NCBI GenBank assembly: GCA_963726715.1
Contig: CAVSDF010000014.1
Location: 60,899-124,898, forward strand
Source: Rhodothermales bacterium
GTDB taxonomy: Bacteria > Bacteroidota > Rhodothermia > Rhodothermales > BA12
Reading direction: 5' to 3'
DNA length: 64,000 bases
The position numbers were made by a program, and so were the translations under genes. Within the stretch, counting starts at the first letter, position 1; every line of letters begins with the position of its first letter. Positions 34,195-45,388 of the stretch are shown piece after piece. The notes under the pieces were generated by a model, which did not search any database, was not told the DNA's origin, and saw only the letters and a list, made by a program, of their open reading frames with translations.

Positions 34195-34644
34195 TCACAG
34201 GCGCTCGCCAGCGGTCGCGCAGTCAAGGGGAACGTCGACGACTGCCTCCGTGTGCTGCCGGACGAGGATGTCGCGCTCGGTGGAGGCGCACCCGGGAGCG
34301 TCGACGCGCATCCGGTAGCGCCCCATGTAGAGGCGTTCGGCGCCGTACCGCCCGACGGGTCCGCGGGCGCTCAGCGCGACGGATGCGCAGGCGCCACTCC
34401 GCCCGGCGCGGCAGCCGTACGTGTGCAGCGGCGTCAGCGTCACGCGCGCCACCACGACCGTATCGGGCAGGCGCGCCGCCGCCGGTCCCCACTCGGTGAC
34501 GCCTCGGAAGTCGGCGGGGCGGACGGACGCAGGAATGACCGTTCCGCGGAGCGTTCCGTAGGGCGTCTGCGCGGCGGCGCGCCCTGACGTGGCGAGGAGG
34601 GCGGCGAGCACAGACGTGGCGAGGAGGATGGAGCGGGCGCGCAT
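34195..34644 (-). CDS. Small secreted protein, carboxypeptidase-regulatory/transthyretin-like fold
   Basis: Signal peptide AAA-Q; GTLRGTV, GRY, GRYRMRVDAPGC; four Cys. Confidence 0.7.
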   Translation of the reverse strand: MRARSILLATSVLAALLATSGRAAAQTPYGTLRGTVIPASVRPADFRGVTEWGPAAARLPDTVVVARVTLTPLHTYGCRAGRSGACASVALSARGPVGRYGAERLYMGRYRMRVDAPGCASTERDILVRQHTEAVVDVPLDCATAGERL

Positions 34645-34645
34645 G

Positions 34646-35141
34646 TCAGCGGTCGGAGGTGCAGGTGAGCGCGACGTGCTCGATGGATCCGGAGTCGTCC
34701 AGGACGACGACGTTCCGCTCGACCGGCTCGCAGCCCTCGGCCTCGACGCGCATCTGGTACTCGCCCATCGGCACGAACGGGAAGGCATAGCGCCCGTGCA
34801 GCCCCCGCGCGAGGGCGACGAACGGGACCGGGCGGCGGCACGAGGCGAAGCGGGGCAGGCACATCATCACCTCCCCGTTGTACATGAGCCGCACGAGCGT
34901 GAGCCGCGCCACGACGAACGTGTCTGCGGTGGCCCTCGCGGCCGCCGTGCCGACGGCCTCACCGACGACGCGGCGCAGCGGCGCGGTCCAGTCGCCGAAC
35001 CCGCCCTCGATTCAACGACGAGCGCGGCAGTACCTGCCCCGAGAGTGCCCGGACGCCACTCTGGGCGTGTACGGACGGCGCAACGGCGACACTCGACGCG
35101 GCGAGCAGAAGGACGAACAGGGCGAAGGCGAAGCGGCGCAT
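34646..35141 (-). CDS. Tandem paralogue of the preceding secreted protein (frameshifted)
   Basis: Signal peptide VHA-Q; LSGQV, GRY, GEYQMRVEAEGC; matching Cys pattern. Confidence 0.65.
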
Positions 35142-35205
35142 CGGGCGGGGCGAGAGAGAGTGCCCCCGTGGGCGCATCTCCGCCCCGCTTTCGCTGTCCG
35201 TCCCG

Positions 35206-36030
35206 TCAGTCGACCGGCTTTCGGGCGATGGCGAGCAGGCCGGTGCCGGTCGGGTTGCGCGTGCGCACGTCGAGCGCGTGGAGGGCGAGGCCGACGGGCA
35301 GCACGGGCGCGTAGTAGAACGGCAGAATCGCCGCCGACGCCATCGAGCGGTTCATCATCTTCATCGGGCGCTGGATCATCCACCGCCACGCCGCGCCCCC
35401 ATAGCGCCCGTACGTGTAGCGCACGTCCTCGACGCCGAGCCCCGCCTCGTGGAGCTTGGAGATCAGGTCGTCGCGGTTGTAGCCGTCGCGGACGTGCTCG
35501 GAGATGAACGACTCGTCGCCCTCGCCCTGCACGTCGGAGCCGCCCTGATCGCTCGGCGTGTTGACGACGACGAAGCCGCCGGGCGCGAGCACGCGCGCGA
35601 AGTGCCGGAAGACGCCCCGGTCGTCCTCGATGTGCTCCATCACATCGACGGAGAGAATGAGGTCGAACGGCCCGTCGGTCTGGAGGTCGGTGAGGTCTTC
35701 GACGGCGAAGGTCACGCGGTCGGCGTAGGCCGTCGTGGCGAAGTAGCGGCGGGCGTTGTCGAGGTAGTCGTCCTTGACATCGACGGCGAGGATGCGGGCG
35801 CGCGGCTGCGTCCGGGCGATGTAGTCGGCGTACTGCGCGAAGCCCGTTCCGGCGTCGAGGACACGGATCTCGCGGTCCTGCGGGAGGCGCTGGAAGAGGT
35901 CGTCGAGCGCGCGGTGGACGTGCCACGCGCGCAGGAAGAACAGGTCGAGGCCGCGGTAGAAGCCTTTCTGAAGCAGCGGCCGCTGGCTGAAGAAGCCGCC
36001 GAGCCGGTCCTTGATGGGGTCGTAATGCAT
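35206..36030 (-). CDS. Class I SAM-dependent methyltransferase
   Basis: VLDAGTGF, FDLILSVDVMEHI, LAPGG. Confidence 0.9.
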   Translation of the reverse strand: MHYDPIKDRLGGFFSQRPLLQKGFYRGLDLFFLRAWHVHRALDDLFQRLPQDREIRVLDAGTGFAQYADYIARTQPRARILAVDVKDDYLDNARRYFATTAYADRVTFAVEDLTDLQTDGPFDLILSVDVMEHIEDDRGVFRHFARVLAPGGFVVVNTPSDQGGSDVQGEGDESFISEHVRDGYNRDDLISKLHEAGLGVEDVRYTYGRYGGAAWRWMIQRPMKMMNRSMASAAILPFYYAPVLPVGLALHALDVRTRNPTGTGLLAIARKPVD

Positions 36031-36069
36031 CGTAAAAGGTGACGTGGATAGGGTCGCGCCGGGCTGGAT

Positions 36070-36098
36070 GTAGAGACGCATCGCCGATGCGTCTCTAC
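36070..36098. repeat. GTAG-type REP, family B (perfect palindrome)
   Basis: GTAGAGACGCATCG-C-CGATGCGTCTCTAC. Confidence 0.85.
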
Positions 36099-36139
36099 GC
36101 CCCCGATGGCCCGACAGGCAGGACGAACGCCGCCCCGCG

Positions 36140-36772
36140 TCAGTTCAGCGACATCCCGCCCATCGCATCGCCCGATTCCGGACCTGCGGCGGCGCCGTCG
36201 AGGGCGGCGCGGAGGACGGTCGCTTCCTCGCGCACCATGTCGGAGGCGTCGGTGTCGGCGAGGCGGTCGAGGGTGACGCGGAGGGGGCCGAGGCCGCCGG
36301 GGCGAGCGGCGAGGATCGAGAGGACGCTGATGAGGGTGAAGCGCACCGGCTCCTCGCCGGTCTCCGAAAGGCCGTCGAAGTGCGCGGCGGCGGCGCGGGC
36401 GAAGGGCACCGTCTCGGGGTCGAACGGGCTGGCGGCGAGGGCGAGGCGCACGAGGGTTTTGAGGGCCTCGCGGTCGAGCGGGTCGAGGCCCGCGCGGGCC
36501 GCGTCGAGCAGGTCGCGCGGACGGGCGGCGATGGCGGTGATGGCCTCGACGACGTCGTGCTCCTGGTCGCCCCCGGCGGCGACGTAGGTGACGCCGAGGT
36601 AGCCGTCCTCGACGATCGTCACCGAGGTCATCCGGTACTCGTCGGCGAGCGTCACGCGGCGCGTGTCGGTCTGCGGGTCGGCATCGACGGAGATCACCTC
36701 GAAGTCGAGCTCGGCAAGGGCGCTGGCGACGGCGCGCAGGTCGATGTCGGGAAGAAGCGGGACGACGATCAT
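36140..36772 (-). CDS. Hypothetical protein with HEAT-like C-terminus
   Basis: Clean acidic ORF whose start overlaps the epimerase stop; EEPVRF and DASDMVREEA HEAT-like motifs. Confidence 0.65.
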   Translation of the reverse strand: MIVVPLLPDIDLRAVASALAELDFEVISVDADPQTDTRRVTLADEYRMTSVTIVEDGYLGVTYVAAGGDQEHDVVEAITAIAARPRDLLDAARAGLDPLDREALKTLVRLALAASPFDPETVPFARAAAAHFDGLSETGEEPVRFTLISVLSILAARPGGLGPLRVTLDRLADTDASDMVREEATVLRAALDGAAAGPESGDAMGGMSLN

Positions 36773-37791
36773 CGGCCCGCCCGGTCGTGCCCGTCCCGCG
36801 CGATGCCTGCGCGTCGAAGTAGGCGATGGCGCGGGCGACGCCGTCCTCGAACGTCGTGCTCGGCGACGAAGCCGTGCGCCGCCTGCCGCGCCGTGTCGCC
36901 GCCGCGAGCGAAGACGCCCTCGGGCTTGTCGGACGTGCCGGTGATCGCGGGGTCGTAGCCGACGGCGCGGGCGGCGATGCCGGCGAACTCGATGAAGCTC
37001 GTCAGGCGGCCGGTCGAGAGGTTGAAGGCCGTCGCCGTCGTCCACAGAGTCCATCGTGGCGAGCACGCCGCGTCACGCAGTCCTCGATGTGGATGAAGTC
37101 GCGCATCTGGCGCCCGGAGCCCCAGACGGTGAGCGCGTCGGCGCCCTTGTTGGCGATGCGCGCGCTTGCAGATCGACGGGAACGGGTACGTGTCGTCCTG
37201 GTCCTCGCCGTAGCCGGAGAACGGGCGGTAGCACACCGACGGCAGGCCGTGGCGCTCGTAGGCGAGGCGCGCGAGGAACTCGACGGTCAGCTTCGACCAT
37301 CCGTACGACAGGTCCGGCATCCCGAGGTCCGACCCGTCGAAGCGGATGTCGTCCTCCACGAGCAACCGGTAGCCGTCGGGGCGCTGGAGCGAGACCGGGT
37401 AGGCGGCGCTCGACGAGAAGATGACGTTCTTGCCGGGCTGCGCGGTTTTGGCCCACTCCCAGTAGTGCGCGTCGATGGAGAGGTCGTCGGCGACGGCGAG
37501 CGGGTTCTGCTCGATGACGAGGCGCCCACCGACGATGGCGGCGAGGTGGAAGGCGGCGTCGAACTGCTCGTGCGGGTGCGCGCGGAAGTAGGCGCGGCAG
37601 TCTTCGTCGAAGAACGAGAAGGTGTCGAAGTCGCGCGGGTCGAAGAGCGGCCAGCCGTCGGCGGGCGCGATGCCGCCCGTGAGCGGGGCGATGGGATCGA
37701 CGACGACGACCGTGTCGCCGCGTTCGAGCAGCCGCCGCGTGACGTGCCGCCCGACGAATCCGGCGCCGCCGGTGATGAGATAACGTGCCAA
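36769..37791 (-). CDS. NAD-dependent epimerase/dehydratase (extended SDR; frameshifts)
   Basis: ITGGAGFVG, FHLAA, FSSSAAY, YGWSK, RPFSGYG, RDFIHI. Confidence 0.92.
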   Translation of the reverse strand: MARYLITGGAGFVGRHVTRRLLERGDTVVVVDPIAPLTGGIAPADGWPLFDPRDFDTFSFFDEDCRAYFRAHPHEQFDAAFHLAAIVGGRLVIEQNPLAVADDLSIDAHYWEWAKTAQPGKNVIFSSSAAYPVSLQRPDGYRLLVEDDIRFDGSDLGMPDLSYGWSKLTVEFLARLAYERHGLPSVCYRPFSGYGEDQDDTYPFPSICKRAHRQQGRRRAHRLGLRAPDARLHPHRGLRDAACSPRWTLWTTATAFNLSTGRLTSFIEFAGIAARAVGYDPAITGTSDKPEGVFARGGDTARQAAHGFVAEHDVRGRRRPRHRLLRRAGIARDGHDRAGR

Positions 37792-37829
37792 AACGTGGAT
37801 GGGAAAGCCGCAAACTACGGCGGGCGGGC

Positions 37830-37859
37830 AACCTGTCAGGTCCCCGCACCTGACAGGTT
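37830..37859. repeat. Perfect palindrome, family E
   Basis: AACCTGTCAGGT-CCCCGC-ACCTGACAGGTT. Confidence 0.8.
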
Positions 37860-37978
37860 TGGGCGGACGGGACGGCGGATCGATGGACGGGAGGGACGAC
37901 GGACGACGGACGGCGGACGATGGGACGGCGGCGCGGGCGGGGGATGGTGGGGGCGGTGGTCGGTGCCGAGTGCGGTGG

Positions 37979-38003
37979 GGGGCGGGTCGAGACCCGCCCC
38001 TAC
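37979..38003 (-). repeat. GTAG-type REP, family A copy 4, flanked by 7-mer tandem arrays
   Basis: GGGGCGGGTC-GA-GACCCGCCC-CTAC; GGACGAC-type units upstream, TCCCCAA-type units downstream. Confidence 0.85.
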
Positions 38004-38073
38004 GAGGCCACATTCCCATCCACGAACGACCAACCACAAACCAATCCCCCAATACCCCATCCCCAATACACGA

Positions 38074-39116
38074 TCATCCATTGCCCACCCGCCTCGGCAT
38101 CCCGGTCCCCGCCGCATCCGGCGCGCCGCCCAAGTCGTCGGCTTCGAGGGAGAGGCGGGCGGACTCGCGCGTCAGGTCGGCGGCGCGGGCGGCGGCGGGT
38201 GCGGCGGCGGTGATCGCGGCGAGGCCGTCGAGGGCGGCCTCGACATCGGCGCGGACGACCGAGACGCCGTCGAGCGGCGCGGCGATGCCAGCGACGGCTT
38301 CGGCGACGCTGGTGTCGAAGAGGCGGGCCACGAGGGTGTCGAGAGCCGCGCGGGCGGCGTCGAGGCGCGGTCGTACGTCGGCATAGGTATCCGGACGGGC
38401 GTCGAAGTGGCCCGCGCCGAGAGTGGCGAGCACGCGTGCGGCTTCGTCGCGGAGGGCGGTGAGATCGGCGAGGGTGGTGCTGGCCGTCTCCAGCCCCGCC
38501 GACGAGCGGGCGAGGGCGAGATCGACGCGGTTCTTCCACCACACGAGGCGCAGGTCGAAGCGGGCGCGTTCGAGCGCGTCGAGGCGGGCGGCGAGGACGC
38601 GGCGGGCGGTGTCGAGCGTGCGCGTCGCATCGGTCGGGCCGGTGGTCGGGGCGTGGCGGTGGAGCGTGTCGAGGCGGCCCCAGCGCTCGGCGGCTTCGGT
38701 GAGGGCGGCGTCGAGCGTGTCCTCGGCCTCGCGCAACGTGCCCGTCGTCGCGCGGCGCGGGCGGTAGACGGCGCCACAATCTCCGCACCCGAGCCGCCCG
38801 ACAGCCAGCATCACGTAGCGCAAGGGCCGCGACGAGGACGGACGCTGCTTCCGCCGCTGCCCGCGCCCACGACGAGCATGAAGAGCGCCGATGGAGCGCA
38901 GTCCTCCGGAGATCGTCGATCGCCGTCCGCGCTGAGAGCACCGGACGGCCCGACGAGGTCGTACGTCACCGGCTCCTTGACGGGGGCGCGGTAGGTGGGA
39001 GTCGAGGCCGCAGTACGGGCAGGTCGGCGTGCCGGGCGGCGAGGCGAACCCGCACGTCTCGGCAGGCCACGAGCGCGGCGGTGGTGTCGCGGCGGCGGCG
39101 TCCGAAGCGGGTTCAC
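38074..39116 (-). CDS. Hypothetical zinc-ribbon membrane protein (frameshifted)
   Basis: C..CG..CPYCG, hydrophobic segments, CGDCG, then a long helical region; GTG start overlaps the GT4 stop. Confidence 0.55.
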
Positions 39117-40355
39117 GGCGCTGGTGTTCGACCGGGCGCATTGCCGCGCGCGTCGCCGCCGGTTCGTCCGGCGAGGAAGGGCGTCAGGCCCGCCACGAGG
39201 GCCGTCCACGAAAAGCGCTCGGCCTGGGCGCGCGGCGCCTGCGGCGAGCACGTCCGGACCTGTCTCGTAGAACCGCGCGACGCCGTCGGCGAGGGCGGCG
39301 GGGTCTTCGGGCGGCACGAGGATGCCCGCGACGCCGTCGGGCACGATCTCGGCGAAGACGCCGAGGTCGGTCGTCACGAGCGGCTTGCCGAAGAAGAACG
39401 ACGTGAGGGCGACGCCGCTCGGCGTGGCCCGCCGGTACGGCTGCACGAGTCCGTCGGCGGCGCTGTAGTAGAGGTGGACGGTCTCGTTGGGGATGTACGA
39501 CGAGAAGAAGCGCACGACGGGCGGCGCGCCATCCACACCATCGAGGCCGAGCCGGGCCGCCTGCGCCTTCAACTCGTCCTCGTTGTTGTAGAACTCGCCC
39601 GCCACGATCAAACGCGCGCCGGTGCGGCGGTGGATCTCCGGCATCGCGTCGAGGAGGATGTCGAGGCCCTTGTACGGACGCACGTAGCCGAAGAAGAGCA
39701 GCGTCCGCGCGTCCGGAATCCCCAGTTCGGCCCGCGCCTCGGCGGGGTCGATGGCCGGATGGAAGATGTCGTAGACCGGGTGGAAGGTCTCGTGGACGAC
39801 CGCGTCCGGGCGCATCTCCACAAGCTCCTTCGTCACGTGCTCCGAGAGCGTGAAGTGGCGGTCGGCGGCGCGCGTGAGCATCCGCATGAGCGGGCCGGTC
39901 GCCGGGAAGCGCTTGTGCGGGCGCAGGTTGTGGAGGAAGAGGCTGACGACGGGCATCGGCGCCCCGGCCTTCCGCAGCGCGCGCCGCATCGCCCAGAGCA
40001 CGCCGAGGTAGGCGGGCACGAAGAACGGCAGCCAGTGGACCATCACGACCGCGTCGGGCCGGAGGTCGGCGATGCGCCGCCCGGTGGCGAGCCACGAGGC
40101 CGGGCCGATGGAGTCGAGCAGGCGCTCGGGCGGGTGCGGGAGGTCCCACGGCGTCTCCTCGAACTGCGTCTCGCCGGGAAACAGGCGCTCCGGGTACTGC
40201 CGCGTGAAGGTGACGAGGTGCACGTCGGCGCCGCCCGCGTCAACCTCTGCCGCGCCCATCGCCTGCGCGAGCCGGTTCGAGAAGTGCGCGATGCCCCCAC
40301 GAAACGGCGCCGCCGGTCCGACGATCACGATGCGGGGGCGGGTGGAATCGGGCAC
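39113..40355 (-). CDS. GT4 glycosyltransferase (frameshift near the C-terminus)
   Basis: GPAAPFRGGIA, FFGYVRPYKGLD, QPYRRATPSGV, TDLG..E. Confidence 0.92.
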
Positions 40356-40454
40356 GAGAGGTGGAGGATGGAGATGGAAGGGCGGACGGGTACGCACGGT
40401 GGGAACGTGCGGGGAGATCATGCGCGGGGTGCGCGAGGGCGACGTGCGGGGGTT

Positions 40455-40483
40455 GTAGGGGCGGGTCTCAGACCCGCCCCCAC
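40455..40483 (+). repeat. GTAG-type REP, family A copy 5
   Basis: GTAG-GGGCGGGTC-TCA-GACCCGCCC-CCAC. Confidence 0.85.
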
Positions 40484-40513
40484 GGACGTTCGGTGGCGCG
40501 CCGACGGTCCCGT

Positions 40514-41119
40514 TCATCCGGACGATCCCGCCCCACCAGCGGTCGGCGACACACGGACGGTCCCGTCCGTCACGGCCCCGGATGCAGCGTCACGGGCGAA
40601 TCCAGCGCCCCCGAATTCACCGCCCCGCCCGGCGTGGCAACGCGCGCGGCGGGTTCGGGCGACGGTGTCGAGGCGGGCGCGCGCGGCGGGGCCGAGGGGT
40701 ACGCCGTGGCGGTCGAGGAAGGCGAGCACGACGCGCCCGCAGCCCGGATGCGCGAAGCTCGCCACGAACGTCGTCAGGCCGCCGCGCCACCGGAACTCCA
40801 GCACGGCGCGGCGCGGGCTTCCGGCAGTCTTGCGCCGCAGCGCGATCAACTCGACGTGCTCGATGTCCGTGTAGGCCCGCGTGCGGCGCCAGAGGACGCG
40901 CACGTCCATCCGGTCGTCGAAGAGGCGCAGCCGGGGCGCGGAGCTGTTTTTGGCGAGCGCGATGAACCGCACGCCGCGCAGGCCGGTCAAGGATGCTTCG
41001 AGCGCAACCGGCACGCCCTCGTCGGCGATCTCGCCCCGCAGCTGGGCCGTGAGGGCCACCGACGGCGGGAGGGCATAGCCTCCCGACGCTCCGGGGGCGC
41101 GGACTCGGTCTGTACTCAT
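40514..41119 (-). CDS. Hypothetical protein (possible PH-like domain)
   Basis: ATG overlaps the GT2 stop; LRLFDDRMDVRVLWRRTRAYTDIEHVE pattern. Confidence 0.55.
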   Translation of the reverse strand: MSTDRVRAPGASGGYALPPSVALTAQLRGEIADEGVPVALEASLTGLRGVRFIALAKNSSAPRLRLFDDRMDVRVLWRRTRAYTDIEHVELIALRRKTAGSPRRAVLEFRWRGGLTTFVASFAHPGCGRVVLAFLDRHGVPLGPAARARLDTVARTRRARCHAGRGGEFGGAGFARDAASGAVTDGTVRVSPTAGGAGSSG

Positions 41120-42173
41120 GGGCGCACGCGGACCTCCGCCGCAGTCGGGTGAAAGGTCTCCGTCGGCGCATCGACACTCCCGAGCCGCCCACCGCGCGAC
41201 TCCTCGGCCACCTGGTAGCGGTTTGTCGTCTCCATCGCCGGGCGGATGATGGTCTCGCCGAGCAGCCCGGTCGTGAACATCTGCACGCCGACGACGACGA
41301 GCATCACGGCGAAGAGCAGGAGGGGCCGGTCGCCGATGGGCTGGCCGAAGACGACCTTGTCGAACGAGATCCACGCGGCCATCACGAAGCCCGAGGCGAA
41401 CGAGAGGGTGCCGAGCATCCCGAAGAGGTGCATCGGGCGCACCATGAAGCGCGTCAGGAAGCCGACGGTCACGAGGTCGAGGAAGCCGCGCAGGAAGCGC
41501 TCCAAGCCGAATTTCGAGCGTGCCGTGCTTGCGCGCGTGGTGCGTCACCGCCTTCTCGCCGATGTGGCCGTAGCCCTCCCACTTGGCCAGAAGCGGCACG
41601 TAGCGGTGCATCTCGCCGTAGACGTGGACGGCCTTGACGACGTTCTGGCGGTAGATCTTGAGGCCGCAGTTGAAGTCGTGGAGCGGGATGCCGGAGATGA
41701 GCCGCGTCGCGCCGTTGAAGAACTTCGACGGGATCGTCTTGCTCATCGGGTCGTGGCGCGTCTGCTTCCAGCCGCTCACGAGGTCGTAGCCGCCTTCGTT
41801 CATCATCGCGACCAGCGCCGGGATCTCGGCGGGGTCGTCCTGCAAGTCGGCGTCCATCGTCACGACGAACGCGCCTGCCGCCCGCTCGAACCCGACCGCA
41901 AGCGCCGCGCTCTTGCCATAGTTGCGCCGAAACCGGATCCCGCGGATGCGCGCCATCGGCCGCGCTGAGCCGCTCGACAGCCGCCCACGTCCCGTCGCGC
42001 GAGCCGTCGTCGACGATCCACACGTCGAACGTCAGCCCGGCCCCGTCGCACGCCTCGCGGATGCGGCGCGTGAGCTCGGGCAGGCTCTCCGCCTCCTCAT
42101 ACGCCGGCACGACGACCGACACGTCCGGGCGGGACGCGTCGGGATACACAGGGAGGAGCGAGGGCGGCGTCAT
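41116..42173 (-). CDS. GT2 polyprenol-phosphate glycosyltransferase (ArnC/DPM-like; frameshifts)
   Basis: VVVPAYEE, VDDGSRDGT, RNYGKSAAL, MDADLQDDP, DFNCGLK, HRY, C-terminal TMs. Confidence 0.92.
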
Positions 42174-42195
42174 CGGGTGCGGATGCGGTGGTCGG

Positions 42196-42453
42196 TCACG
42201 GCGCCGACCGCAGGGCACGGCGACGGATTCGCCGACCGGCGCCTGTTCGGAGAGCCGATGCCCGGCGAGATCGGGCGCGGCGACGGCGCTGCGCGCGCGT
42301 CACGCTCGGGAATCCGTCGCGGAAATCATCGAGGGTGTCGCCCGCCCTGGGGGTGGTCGAAGAGGGCGCGCACCGGCACGCGGGTCCCGGCGAAGACGAC
42401 CGCGCCGTCGCATCCGCTCGGGGTCGCGAGAGAGGACGTTGGCGAGTGTCCAT
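42196..42453 (-). CDS. DUF433 domain, copy 2 (frameshifted)
   Basis: GAVVFAGTRVPVRALFDH..GDTLDDFRDGFPSVT. Confidence 0.75.
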   Translation of the reverse strand: MDTRQRPLSRPRADATARSSSPGPACRCAPSSTTPRAGDTLDDFRDGFPSVTRAQRRRRARSRRASALRTGAGRRIRRRALRSAP

Positions 42454-42666
42454 CGAGAGAGGCCGCCGCACGCGCTCGGCGGCGAACGCCCCGCACGCCT
42501 GCACCGCCTCCGCCGACACGCCGGGGTACTCGCGCCCGATCTCGTCCGCAGGCATCCCCGCCGCGAGGGTGTCGAGCACGACGGTCACCGGCACGCGCGT
42601 GCCGGTCACGCACAGTGCGCCGTGCAGGATCGCCGGGTGGGCGCCGAGGTGCAGTCTCCAGTCCAT
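42454..42666 (-). CDS. DUF433 domain, copy 1
   Basis: [34 protein letters not shown]. Confidence 0.85.
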
Positions 42667-42682
42667 GGCGGCAGAAGGACGC

Positions 42683-44657
<1,975 letters not shown>

Positions 44658-44821
44658 TCAGGGAGGATCGCAGGGATCGAAGTATCGGGAAATCAGGCGC
44701 TTGGGCGCTCGTCGTCGAACGCCGCGCAGGGGCCGGTGTTCGGCGCGCGCGGGCACGCGATGGGCCGGGCAGAATCCCGCAAACTACGCCCGAACGGGCC
44801 GTTTCCGGCCATCGCGGCGCC

Positions 44822-45388
44822 TCAGGAGGCACCGCCGGGTGGATTCTCCGGCAGGCCACCGGGCAGGCGCGCGAAGACCGCGTCGCCCGCGCTCACGAGG
44901 TCGAGCACCGCGTCGCCGCCCGGCAGCGCGTCGCCGTCGAAGAAGTCCGCGGCGACGGCGGCGAGGTGGCGCACGTCTTCGAGGAGCGCCGCGTCTGTCC
45001 CGTCGTCGCCGCCGTCGTAGAGGCCGAGCAGGTGCTGGTGGAGGGCGTGGAGACGGCGCGCGAGGCGCTGCGCGGTGAGGAGCAGGCCCGCGAGCCGCGC
45101 CCGGTCGATGGAACGGTCGGAGTCGCCACCGTCGAGGCGCATCAGCAGCCCGCGCGCGAGCGTCTGGAGCAGGCGCCGCGCGTCGTCGCCGGCCGCGGCC
45201 GCATCGGCCCGCACGGCGGCGGGGTCGCGCGCCTCGGACGGGTGTTCGCCCCGGCGGCGCGCGGCAATCGCGGCCGCCGCATCACGCGCAGCGGCGAGTG
45301 TGGCGACGGCGGCGAACGTCGAGGCGTCGCGCAGGTCGCGCGGCGCGTCCGTGCTCGAACCGCCAGCAGAACGGTCGGAGGCGCTCAC
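44822..45388 (-). CDS. Hypothetical helical protein
   Basis: ORF overlapping the CBS gene stop; LHALHQHLLGLY. Confidence 0.6.
   Translation of the reverse strand: MSASDRSAGGSSTDAPRDLRDASTFAAVATLAAARDAAAAIAARRRGEHPSEARDPAAVRADAAAAGDDARRLLQTLARGLLMRLDGGDSDRSIDRARLAGLLLTAQRLARRLHALHQHLLGLYDGGDDGTDAALLEDVRHLAAVAADFFDGDALPGGDAVLDLVSAGDAVFARLPGGLPENPPGGAS

Noticed and set aside
34586-34627. 15-bp direct repeat GACGTGGCGAGGAGG x2
   Set aside because: Lies in a signal-peptide coding region (LLATS twice); a simple intragenic duplication, not a target-site duplication.
37860-38085. Possible CRISPR array
   Set aside because: Units are degenerate 7-mers with no constant repeat-spacer structure, and there are no cas genes.
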